Below are positions 12,803-24,081 of a stretch of DNA of 64,000 nucleotides, piece by piece; the stretch's first letter is position 1, and the number at the start of each line of letters is the position of its first letter. The notes below the pieces were generated by a model. The model was not told the DNA's origin. It ran no database searches and saw only the letters and a list, made by a program, of their open reading frames with translations. The translations under genes were made by a program, and so were the position numbers. The DNA lies in contig NC_043000.1 of NCBI RefSeq assembly GCF_006345805.1, forward strand, positions 14,570,001 through 14,634,000. Direction: 5' to 3'. This DNA comes from Octopus sinensis. Its lineage: Eukaryota.

Positions 12803-13130
12803 AAAACAATTGCAGCGTGGAAGGTGTTTATAAGCCATTTAAGAAACACACAAAAACCTTTAGATTCACTTCAACATTCAAATTTAATTTGTCAAAGTAT
12901 TTTCGTTGCTTTCAGACCGCGACCTGTTAGCACAAAGTTGTGCCAGTGAACAGGTCGCGGTCTCAAAGCGACGAAAATAATTTGACAAACTAAATTTAGA
13001 TGTTGAAGTGAATCTAAAGATTTTTGTGTGTTTCTTAAATGGCTTACAAACACCTTCCCTGCTGCAATTGTTTTCGTTCCAGCACACAATCTCAGATCAA
13101 GTCACTCACTATGCAAGTATATCTCCGTAA
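12803..13130. repeat. Palindromic (fold-back) repeat, copy 1, with hammerhead-like motif
   Basis: About 125-bp inverted arms around 12930-12945, terminal tail ...tatgcaagtatatctccgtaa; same family at 50948-51142 and 63658-63977. Confidence 0.9.
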
Positions 13131-13159
13131 ATATAATAAAAAAAGAAACAAGTTAATAC

Positions 13160-13350
13160 CATGAAGAGATTTCTCTTTTGATGCTACCACAGGATTCTGT
13201 GTGGCAGCAGAGAGTCCGAGTTCTATCTGTTTCAATAAGGAACGCATGAAATACAGAGTGCTGGGCAATTCAGACGGTGTTGTTTCCTCAACTTCGTACA
13301 TACGACTAACAGAATGGATTGTGAAGTATCTCTTTTGGTCAGCTATAACC
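13160..13350 (-). CDS. THADA: THADA-family exon 17
   Basis: cattgcag|G GTT; ...LLKQIELGLSAATQNPVVASKEKSLHG (cf. LEEEVSQAENSLLQAAAAFPMYG); donor G|gtatta. Confidence 0.9.
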
Positions 13351-13491
13351 CTGCAATGACAACATAATAACACAGTGTGGATAGAGTGAAATGTGAAATA
13401 TTGGAAGACAGAGGACTATTGGTTAGTGACTAAGAACGAAGGCAGATGATGTAGCACATACTCACAGTCAGAAACATCCAATATAAGAACA

Positions 13492-14011
13492 GTGGAGGCA
13501 TATGGCTTAGTGGTTAGGGTGTCAGCATCATGATCGTAAGATTGTGGTTTCGATTCCAGGACTGGGTGATGCGTTGTGTTCTTGAACAAAACACTTCATT
13601 CCACGTTGCTCCAGTCCACGCAGCTGCGATGGACTGGCGTCCCGTCCAGCTGGGGAACACATACGCCATTGAAACCGGGCCCATAAGCCTGGCTAGGCTT
13701 TTGAAGGGCGCATTTATGGTGGAGGCACATGGCCTAGTGGTTAGAGCAGTGGACTAACGGTCGAGGGATATCGGGTTCAAATCTTAGACCGGGCGATGTG
13801 TGTGTTTATGAGCGAAACACCTAAGCTCCATGCAGCTCCGGCAGAAGGTGATGGCGAACTTCTGCAGACTCTTTCACCACAGCTTTCTCTCACTCTTTCT
13901 TCCTGCAACGGACCGGTGTCCCGTCCAGGTGGGGAACCTATACACCAAGGAAACTGGGAAATAGGCCCCTGTGAGCCAGGCGGGGCTCGAGAAGGAACAA
14001 ACAAAAAAAAA
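13492..14011 (+). mobile_element. Tandem heterodimer of two tRNA-derived SINEs (E 13492-13716, D-like 13719-14011)
   Basis: Two A/B-box heads, shared tcccgtccag.tggggaac 3' block, A-rich tail, 12-bp TSD aatataagaaca at 13480-13491 and 14012-14023. Confidence 0.85.
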
Positions 14012-15107
14012 AATATAAGAACACATTATGTATGACACATGGATGGTTATTGTAATTAAATACTACTTCAATTGCACATACTGAATTTTTATTCAGTCAA
14101 GAAGCTAATCACAACATTAATGAATGTTTTATTCACTGTTTCCTATATTCGAGGTGATGGGTTCTCGTCTGATCATGTGGCTGGCTGTGAGTACAAGCTA
14201 CTGAAAAGGCTCTTCTCCAAGACGCTAAAATATTTATCATGTTTTTAAAACAGCATGTCTATAAAAGATTTTATCTCAGGACAAATACAATAGTAAAAGG
14301 CCTAGCAACAGTGTATATGCATTAAGTATGATATATGGATGGCCATTTTAATTTAGAACTAGTATTATTATGTTCTCAACATGAAGAAGGGAGTGAAAGT
14401 GCAGAGTGGATACGGTGTTGGGCTAGGTCTTTATGGAGTGTACGATCAAATCCATTCAAAACACTTTATTCTATACCATTTCAGTTCAATCAGGTGTTGG
14501 GAATAGGTTCCAGGTCATCTGGCACTATTACTTCAAAAGAATGGTTTCTTATCCAGAGAAGATTTATCTGTTTAACCCTCATGAAAATATAATTAAGTAC
14601 TAACCCTTAAAAAGCTATCAGGGATTAGAAGGGATTTGCATTTACTGGGTTTATGAAATAAACTAGATGAGGGATGAAACTTCCTCGTAAACAAGTTGTC
14701 AGTCTGCTACAGATAACATTTACATAGCCAAGTAAACCAATCTACAAAGAATAAATTAATTACTATATTTTCTCATGTATAAATCACACCTCTAATGTAC
14801 TGTTAAATCTTGGAACAAAATTTTTTCCCTTCACAGTTTTAACTTTTCCCTGTGTATAAGTCCCATCCCAGTTTTTTTGCTGTTAAAGTTAAGCATGAAA
14901 TAGTGCAACTTATGAGTAAATATGGTAAGTGTCTTCCCCCAACAACAGTTAATTTGAACTTTTGATCTATGAGATGATAGTTTAATATTGTAAGTATTAA
15001 GCTATTCTATTTCTTAATTAATCATGTAAGAGTTTGGCTGAAATGTTCAGCTCAAAGTTGGATTAAAGTCTTAGATATCAAAGAACCAAATCATTCAGTA
15101 TGGTTCA

Positions 15108-15595
15108 TTACCCTCCATCAGGCATTTGCCATATTCTGAACACCTTACTTCCCTAGACATGGATACATTGAAACTCCGACGTCTGGCAGCTGACTTCGCA
15201 GAAACCCATAAAATTATTAACCATCTTACAAACAATAACTCTGAGCACCTTTTCAAACTCCACCTGTCTAACACCCATGGACATGTTTACAAAGAAAGAA
15301 AACAGCACAGCTCCCATGACTTTCGGAAACATTTTTTCACGCTGAGAGTTGCTGAAGCATGGAACAGACTGCCGGCATCAGTTGTTAGTTGTCAGAGCAC
15401 TGCATCCTTCAAAACTTCCATGCTTCCAGAGATTCGCCAACACTACACCTGATTTTCTCCCCTCCATACACACACAAGCATGTATCTGACTCATACACTG
15501 TTCACTTTCCAGACATTTGTACATTACTGCATATGCTTTATATGCACTTTTGACAAGTTGTGGTGCACTTGAGCACTGTATACAATAATTTCATT
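15108..15595 (+). mobile_element. CR1-clade LINE 3' fragment, same family as 5910-6386
   Basis: LPYSEHL...FRKHFFTLRVAEAWNRLPASVV; 3' UTR ends gagcactgtatacaataatttcat, abutting the RTE. Confidence 0.88.
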
Positions 15596-17343
15596 GACAT
15601 GGAGAAAGCCTTTGACAGGGTCCTCCGATCCCTTATCTGGTGGTCAATGAGGAAATTAGGGATAGATGAATGGCTGGTGAGGACTGTGCAAGCCATGTAC
15701 AGGGATGCCGTACATGTACACATGGCAACATGTACACAGAAGAATTCAAAGTAGAGGTTGGGTCCACCAGGGTTCAGTACTCAGCCCCCTCCTATTTATC
15801 ATAGTCCTCCAGGCAATTACGGAGGAATTCAAGACAGGTTGCCCCTGGGAGCTCCTATATGCTGACGACCTTGCTCTAATTGCTGAGTCACTATCAGAAC
15901 TGGAGGAGAAGTTCCAGGTGTGGAAGGAGGGTCTAGAATCGAGGGGCCTTAGAGTCAACCTAGCTAAAACCAAAGTACTAATAAGTAGGAAGGTAGACAA
16001 TCCACAAATGTCTTCAGGAAGATGGCCCTGCTCGATCTGTAGAAAAGGTGTAGGTAGAAACTCTATAAGATGTACCCAGTGTAAGCTATGGACACATAAG
16101 AGGTGCAGCAATGTCAAAGGAAGGCTAACTGGGAAGATAGTTTTTGTATGTGGCAGATGCTCGGGAGCATTAACCTCTGAAAATCTGCAGAAAACAACTT
16201 CCGTCACTTTCCAGGGGAAAAAAAATTGAAGTAGTTGATAGCTTCCGTTATCTTGGTGACCAAGTCAGTAGTGGGGGTGGGTGTGCTGAAAATGTAACGG
16301 CTAGAGTAAGAATAGCCTGGGCAAAGTTTAGGGAGCTCTTACCTCTGCTGGTGACTAAAGGCCTCTCACTCAGAGACCAAAAAAGCAGACTGTATGATGC
16401 ATGTGTACGAACAGCCATGCTACATGGCAGTGAAACATGGGCCGTGACTGCTGAGGACATGCGTAAGCTCACGAGAAATGAAGCCAGTATGCTCCGATGG
16501 ATGTGTAATGTCAGTGTGCATGCTCGACAGAGCGTTAGTACGCTGAGAGAAATGTTGGACCTAAGGAGCATCAGTTGTGGTGTGCAAGAGAGACGATTGT
16601 GCTGGTATGGTCATGTGGCGAGAATAGATGAAGATAGGTGTGTGAAAAAGTGCCAATCCCTAGCAGTGGAGGGAACCCGTGGAAGAGGTAGACCCAGGAA
16701 AATTTGGGACGAGGTGGTGAAGCACGACCTTCGAATTTTAGGTCTCACTGAGGAAATGACCTGCGACCGAGACCTTTGAAAATATGCTGTGCGTGAAAAG
16801 ACCAGGCAGGACAAGTGAGTCCAGCCCACTTATGCATGCCTTTCCTCCCTTGGACACACAAAGACCTGTTGAGGCAAGCGAAGTCGATATTGAAACTCAT
16901 CTGACGACAGGCACCTATGCCAACCCCCCATTGCTTGCGACGACCTGTTGGGGCAAGGGAAATCGAAATCGGAATCGAAATTGAACCAATCCTATGACTG
17001 GCACCTGGCAGATGCCAGGACCCCTGGACTGGAGATACGTAAAAAGCACTATCCGAATCGTGGCCGATGCCAGCGCCGCCTCGACTGGCTTCCGTGCAGG
17101 TGGCACGTAAAATGTACCAATCCGACCGTGGCCGATGCCAGCCTCGCCTGGCTCCAGTGCAGGTGGCACGTAAAAAGCACCCACTACACTCACGGAGTGG
17201 TTGGCGTTAGGAAGGGCATCCAGCTGTAGAAACACTGCCAGATAAGACCGGAGCCTGGTGCAGCCTTCTGGCTTCCCAGATCCCCGGTCGAACCGTCCAA
17301 CCCATGCTAGCATGGAGAACGGGCGTTAAACGATGATGATGAT
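15590..17343 (+). mobile_element. 5'-truncated RTE-clade LINE (RT C-terminal half, PHD-like finger, 3' UTR, (GAT)n tail)
   Basis: Frameshifted ORF2 pieces FIDMEKAFDRV, GWVHQGSVLSPLLF, ELLYADDLALIA, RRLCWYGHVAR, RGRGRPRKIW; 3' UTR ends ggaagggcatcc...gttaaacgatgatgat. Confidence 0.92.
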
Positions 17344-17401
17344 TATTATATTAGCAACCACTCGCGTAAATAAAAGATGATGACAGTATATTATTACTCA
17401 C

Positions 17402-17580
17402 TTGCAGAAGACCAACTTGCAAAGCAAACTACCACTGAGACAATCTGGATGTCGAGGACTGTTACACAAACAAAGAGCTTCACTCAGAAGGTGGGCTGGA
17501 AGATTTTTCTTCGAACTTGACAGATATTTAGGGCTCCAGTCAAAGTATTTCTCTAATATATCTGCAGCAAGTTCTCTTAC
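17402..17580 (-). CDS. THADA: THADA-family exon 16
   Basis: ttccttag|GTA AGA; VRELAADILEKYF...ALCLCNSPRHPDCLSGSLLCKLVFC; donor AA|gtgagt. Confidence 0.9.
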
Positions 17581-18545
17581 CTAAGGAATAAACAGAAACA
17601 TCTATCTTTATATATATTTCTTTACTACCCACAAGGGGCTAAACACAGAGGGGACAAACACGGACAGACAAACGGATTAAGTCGATTACATGGTACTTAA
17701 TTTATTGACCCCGAAAGGATGAAAGGCAAAGTCGACCTTGGTGGAATTTGAACTCAGAACGTAACGGCAGACAAAATATGGCTACGCATTTCGCCTGGTG
17801 TGCTAATGTTTCTGCCAGCTCGCCGCCTTAGATAGTTCCTGGATGTGATTCATTAATATTTACTCTCAATACAAATGGTGGAATAGTGGTAACTATAGAA
17901 GACTAGACAATTTCTGTCTTGCAGTTTTGTGTTTATGTTCATAGTTCAAATCCAGCAGGAATTTACTCTGTCTTTGGGGGTCAATAGCAAGCTACAAGAA
18001 AATCAATTCAACCAATAACGTATCTTTTATTTTTTATTATTTTACTAGTTTCAGTCATTGGACTGTGGCCATGCTGGGGCACTGCCTTGAAGGATTTTTA
18101 GTCAAGTAAATCACCTCCCAGTGCTTATTTCTTTTTTAAGCTGGTACTAATCATATCAGTTTTTTTTTTTACTGAACTACCAATTTAGTAGGATGTAAAC
18201 AAACCAACAGCAGTTGTCAAGTGGTGAGGGGACAAACGCAAACACACATACATGTGTGTATGTCTTTGTGCCTGTGTTTGTCCCCAATGCTACCAATTAA
18301 CGCCTGGTGTTGGTTTGCTTATATCCCTGTAGCATAGCAGTTCAGCAAAGGAGATCAATAGAATAAGTACCAGACTGTAAAACTAAGTGTCTGTTTGACT
18401 ACAAGCCTACAAGTCGCAGTCTAATGACTGAAACAAGTAAAAGATAAAAGAATTATACCAGAAAATTATGAAGATGCATGGTTCTCTAACATGGAGAGTT
18501 AAATATATCCATACACTAACTATGGAGATATGTTATATATATCAA

Positions 18546-18918
18546 ACTAGCAGTATCGCCCGGCGTTCCTCGGGTTTGTAAGGGAAATAACTATATAAGC
18601 ATTTTTAGAGAGTTATAGCCAAAAAATAGCAAAAAATGCATTAAAAATGGAAAAAAATGATGGTAAATTTTTTTTTAAATCGTTGACTCATCGTAGACAT
18701 TTTTAGAGAGTTACTTCCCTTATATAATAGCGAAAAAAAATTATGGTAATTTTTTTTTAAAATCGTACACTCATCGTAGACGCACGCTAATACCCAGAAG
18801 GGCTCGATATGAATCATGACTATAAGATACCCGGTTTTGGTTAAACTGCACCGCAAAATGTGGGAGTAGTTAGGAATCTAAATCGTAGGAGACAGACACA
18901 CAACTTGACTTTTATATA
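18546..18918. mobile_element. Helentron-associated/DINE-like non-autonomous element
   Basis: Begins actag..cccggcgttcctcggg (subterminal hairpin), has internal tandem duplications, ends gacagaca..cttttatata in AT-rich context; family assignment by pattern only. Confidence 0.5.
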
Positions 18919-18980
18919 TTAAATGTAATTCAATAGGAAAGAAGTCATTCACTAACGAAACTGAATGAAAATGTGCTTAC

Positions 18981-19093
18981 CTCATCAGTACCATCTAAGA
19001 TACAAAGTAAAATAGACACAAATGACATTGACGATGTAAAGTCCCATAACTCTTTTTCTTGCTGAGCAAAAGTAATCAATTTTTTCAAAGAAT
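18981..19093 (-). CDS. THADA: THADA-family exon 15
   Basis: Long T tract then cag|AT TCT; SLKKLITFAQQEKELWDFTSSMSFVSILLCILDGTDE; donor GAG|gtaagc. Confidence 0.87.
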
Positions 19094-21459
19094 CTGAAAA
19101 AAGAAAAAAAAAAAAAAAAAAAAAAAAGAAAAAGAATGGGAAAAATTAACTAATTAAAATTAAAAGCTTCGTTTAAGTTATCTCAGAGTTATACTTCTTT
19201 GGCAAGTGACTTGATCCGAGATTGTGTGTTGAAACATTGTAGATGAACAATTCTAGCCTGTTCAAGCCAAATTATAACTAAATTTTAGACATAAGAAAAG
19301 TTAATACAACAATTTTAGTGTGTTTTTAAACAGTTAAAATATAGTTAACTAATCACATATTTAGCAACTGGAAAGATAAAAACCCACTGAAAAAAGAAAA
19401 TACAAAATGCATGATAACTTGCTCCCATGATTTCTAACACATTGTCCAAGGTAGCAAAGAATAGCAAATTAAACCAACTTTGGTACTTGGCTAGTATTTA
19501 TTTTACGAACATCAATCCCTGGAAGAATGAAAGTATAGTTGATCCTGACAGGATTTCAACAGAAAAAGCCACAACTAAATACTTCTCTCTTTTTATGTAC
19601 TATTTGTTATAGTATTGACAATAATGGATCTCCATACTAAAGTGATTACTCTTTTACCCATTTACTTGTTTCAGTCATTTGACTGTGGCCATGCTTGAGC
19701 ACCACCTTTAGTCAAACAAACTGACCCCAGAACTTATTCTTTGTAAGCCTAGTACTTATTCTATCGGTCTCTTTTGCCGAACCGCTAAGTTACGAGGACG
19801 TAAACACACCAGCATCAGTGTTGGGAGGACAAACACAGACACACAAACATACATATATATACATATATACGACGGGCTTCTTTCAGTTTCCGTCTACCAA
19901 ATCCACTCACAAGGCTTTGGTCGCCCCGAGGCTATAGTAGAAGACACTTGCCCAAAGTGTCACGCAGTGGGACTGAACCCGGAACCATGTGGATTTCTAC
20001 CAGTCTATTTACAGCTTACTCTGCTAGTCTCCAACTCTCCAAAAATTATATTTGAGGCAGAGGGTCCGTTTAATCCCTAGAAAGGGGGACAGGTTCACAT
20101 GACATCAGAGCATGTCTACACACCAGTGGGTCAATGTGACACATGTCTCAGGGACAGCTCTTTTCCAAGTCCCGTATGCTTTACTCACAGGACACTGCTA
20201 TTTGACCCATAACTGAGGCCTTTGACAAGCGCTACTACTCTCGGGGGAGGTCAGAGTGGGCCAGATAGAAGTGGTGACAAAGAGCTGCCTCTATTCTCTC
20301 CAAAACTCCTGAACACCCAAATTGATACCTTAAACACTAGGACTAAATACCACACAGCATCTAATTCACTTCTCAATCATTCCTACTACTGCCTTTATAC
20401 ACCATTTGATACTGATTTCTAGCAAATCAGAGGACAGTGGAGAATTGCTTGTAACACCTGTTCATAATGGTAGGAAACTCTCAAGAGAGTTGAACAGCAG
20501 AAGACTGCCTAAATCCATGGGTTTTGAAACAGGATTCCACAAACTACCTATCACATCCTACCACATTGAATTTTTCTACACCACACTTTACCATGGTATA
20601 TACCACCACACTCAGCTACAGTCAAACCACTCTTATATTACAGTCCATCACACCTAACACTATAACACTGCCTCTTCTGCCACCTTAAAATGTTGATCAA
20701 CTCCATGTCATTAGTATATTGTAGAAGAGATAACTAGTACTACTTAACAACCAATGCTATAACAAGTTAGTTACTTGCCCAGATAACAAAATTTCATGGA
20801 CAAGTGACAAATTTGTCTTTGGAAAGATGTTGGTCTATTCACAGATAATTTGCCCTGCTTAAAGAATTGAACCCAATATTAAAAGCTGATGAATCACTCA
20901 TCAATTCCAAACTGCAGTTATTATTGCTGTTGCTGTGTTGCCTTACTAGCACTTGTGCTGGTGGCATGTGAAACATTCGAGCGAGGTCGTTGCTAGTGCC
21001 GTTGGACTGGCTCCTGTGCAGGTGGCACATAAAAAGCACCATTTGGGCGTGGCTGTTGCCAGTACCACCAAACTGGCCCTTGTGCCAGTGGCATGTAAAA
21101 GCACTCACTACACTCTTGGAGTGGTTGGCGTTAGGAAGGGCATCCAGCTGTAGAAACTCTGCCAGATCAGATTGGAGTCTGGTTCGCCAGACATCAGTCA
21201 AATCGTCCAACCCATGCTAGCATGGAAAGCGGACGTTAAATGATGATGATGATGATGAGAGATGAATTATATACCACCACATGTGGTGCCTACTTAAAGC
21301 TAGGCAAAATAATGTTGAACAAGTCAAGGAGGAAGCCTTTATGTGATCCTGCAGCATACTAGAAATGTCATCCAAGTTCCTGAATGTGCACTGCTGAGAT
21401 TGTGGTGCATCTTTTATGCAGTCAAATACATCAGAAAGAAAAATGAAATTGCTTCATAC

Positions 21460-21621
21460 CTACAAAAGATTTCCTTTTGTAACTAAGATCAGGCAGAACA
21501 AATACTTCATAGATGACATTCAATATTTCCAAACACATCTTGCGTCGCTGGAAGTTTGAACCTGGAACAAGGTTTTCAGTGCACAACCTGTGTAACCAGT
21601 CCACAAATTCAATGGAATGAT
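21460..21621 (-). CDS. THADA: THADA-family exon 14
   Basis: ttgctcag|AT CAT; FVDWLHRLCTENLVPGSNFQRRKMCLEIL (cf. LFPGSSYSTRFSALTIL); donor G|gtatga. Confidence 0.92.
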
Positions 21622-21763
21622 CTGAGCAATTAGAAAAATAAAAAAAAAATAAAAAGAAACATAAAGTAGAAACATTTATACTGTCATTGCAGAATCACTT
21701 TGATGTTACATGAAAGTGTTTAACAAATAGATTTGAAATACGGTAATTAAAAAAGATGTTTAC

Positions 21764-21934
21764 CAATTGAGCTCAAATTTTGAGTTTTCATCAAAGAGGA
21801 GCAACTGTCTCTGATTCTAATCAGCAATTTCTTCAGTGCTGAGACCAGATTCTGTCGAAATGGGGCTGAATCAATATTCAAGTTGACAGGAAGAGCTTCC
21901 ATCAGCAGTTTAGACTCCAGAGAATGAAGCATTT
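21764..21934 (-). CDS. THADA: THADA-family exon 13
   Basis: tcttgtag|AA ATG; LPVNLNIDSAPFRQNLVSALKKLLIRIRDS (cf. YNLNSQSPGVRQQICSLLKKLFCRIQES); donor G|gtaaac. Confidence 0.93.
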
Positions 21935-24081
21935 CTACAAGAATCCAGTGAATAAATTAGGTTTGAAATTTAATATAAGAGTGTAACAAAAAAAATTTTG
22001 GCACAAGGCAAAGGACATATTACTGGTGTTCTGATCAAGTGAAAGAATCATTTCAAATTTGGTGATGATGGAGGTATGACCAGCAGGCAAAACCAAATTA
22101 AATTATTGATAGTTATAGGATGTATGCAAGGTAGGTGAATGTAGCTGGATGCCTTCTTAATGCCAACCATTTTACAGAGTGTAGTGGGAGCTTTTTCCAT
22201 GACACTGGTGCAGATACTCTTTACACAGCACCAGCATGGGTGCTTTTTATGTAACACCAGCACAGGTATCTTGTCTTGAGACAGCATTCACCCGGGGTGG
22301 GTTGAGCTGGCATCATTCATCCTCAATGCTGCATCTCTCACAAACGCCAACCAGACCTGGCGATTTGAGGCTAACGACCGCGTGATCTCCAACCACTCCT
22401 TAGGTGCTTTTTATGTGATACTGGCATGGGTGCTTTTTACATGACACTGGCACAGTATTGAAGTCAGATGCATAAGATGCTGAAGTAGGTATCATAAAAA
22501 ATGCTATCCTAGTTCTCACTCTATTCTCTGCACAAACTACAAAAGATGCCATTGTGTAATGCATCAAGGAATCTTTCACTTCTTCATCTCCCAAACTGCA
22601 GTTGATCCTTCTGGTCTCTTGTTGAAAGAATCTGTACCAGTTTTGTAGAATTCACTTTTCTTCTATTATGTAATCCCTCTCTTTACCTTTTCTATAATAA
22701 TGGATTCTGTTCCTAAAAGCTGGTTGGTCTTCGATTAACTACCCTTTCTCCTCTTTCCATCACTTATGTTGTTTTCCCTCCCACCAAGTCCTGTATTAAC
22801 CCTTAACCCTTTAGTGTTCACATTATTCTGCCAAAATTAATGCTTTTTCATCCAAATTGTTTTGAACTAATCATGAATTATCTTGGTGCTATGAGATTTT
22901 GATGAGGTAACTGCTAATTTTTAAAACGATATTGTAGGGCTGGTGTGAGAGACCAGATCTGGCCATGCTGAACATAAAACAGGCAGAATACTTTTGGCAG
23001 GATATGGCCAGTTTAAATGCTAAAGGATTAAACTTAGTTCTTCTTTCCTAGAACATTGGCTTTCTGGAATCTTTTCTTGCTTATGTTTTTCCTGCAAGTG
23101 TTGACAAAAAAAAAATACTAGTTTAAGTGGAACATTACTGGCATCAATGTCACAATTGAAAGCTCCCATAGTTTCCCCTCCGTTAAATTTCACTCAGATA
23201 ATGAATCTATAACCATCGATTGAAGAGCTTCAATATATTTAGCAACTTGATGTTGTTAAATAAAAGCATTAACTAAATGGCCTGAGTTATTAATCTCAAA
23301 TGTTAAACTCCAAATTAATAGCACAATCGTACATCGTCATCATTTAAAGTCCGTTTTCCACGCTGTAATTGTTATATTTTATTCAGAAAAGAAAAGCCGA
23401 AGCAAAATGTGGACAATGACCTCATTTGAACAGACATACCCGTTTTATAATTTTGAAGCCACTCTTTGAAGCTATCATAGGCAGCACAATTGGTTCATTT
23501 GTTTTTTGGTTTTTTTTTTACCAAACTCAGTCATGAGAAGCAAGGGCAATAACTGTTGTTAAATAGCCACACTAAGATAAACAGAGTTCTGTTCCTTGAA
23601 ATGTTGCTGAAGTACACGTTCCCTTTTCAATAGAACTCCTCATCCCTGTATTCACATCACGTGTCCATACCGCACCTGCACACCTTAGCTGCTATTTTTA
23701 ATATTTAGCTGCACCCTCAAGGTCACTTGTGTTCTGCCTTTCATATAAGTTAACGTAACTCACGAGTGTGTGTGTGTGTGTGTGCTTGCAAGCATACACG
23801 TGGTCACGTTTAACAATGTTATGTCTGTATCAACACGGCAACGTCCGGCTGAATGTTACACACTGGCATGGAATGTATAATAACGAACCATGCAGATCCT
23901 ATGTAGACTTATAGATCTATGCACAGATACCTTTTATATACACTCATGCACAAACATTTACATATGCATATATGGTCACAACTGAAATCTTTACAATACA
24001 ATACTCTCGGTACACTCGTGTGTGTGTGTGTGTTTATAGTTGTTAATGTTTGTTTTTACATAGAGTTATAATAAAATTTAA

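Noticed and set aside
13492-13570. tRNA genes at SINE heads
   Set aside because: A and B boxes are present but there is no complete cloverleaf, and each continues into a SINE body.
14335-14592. 85-aa plus-strand ORF
   Set aside because: No recognisable domain; length is within chance expectation.
16990-17190. Repeat-spacer-like pattern (gcacgtaaaa motif about every 65 nt)
   Set aside because: The intervening segments are similar to each other and recur in every RTE 3'-UTR copy.
22400-22700. Minus-strand ORF GDEEVKDSLMHY... as a nested gene
   Set aside because: Bounded by an upstream stop, runs into repeat sequence, no recognisable homology.
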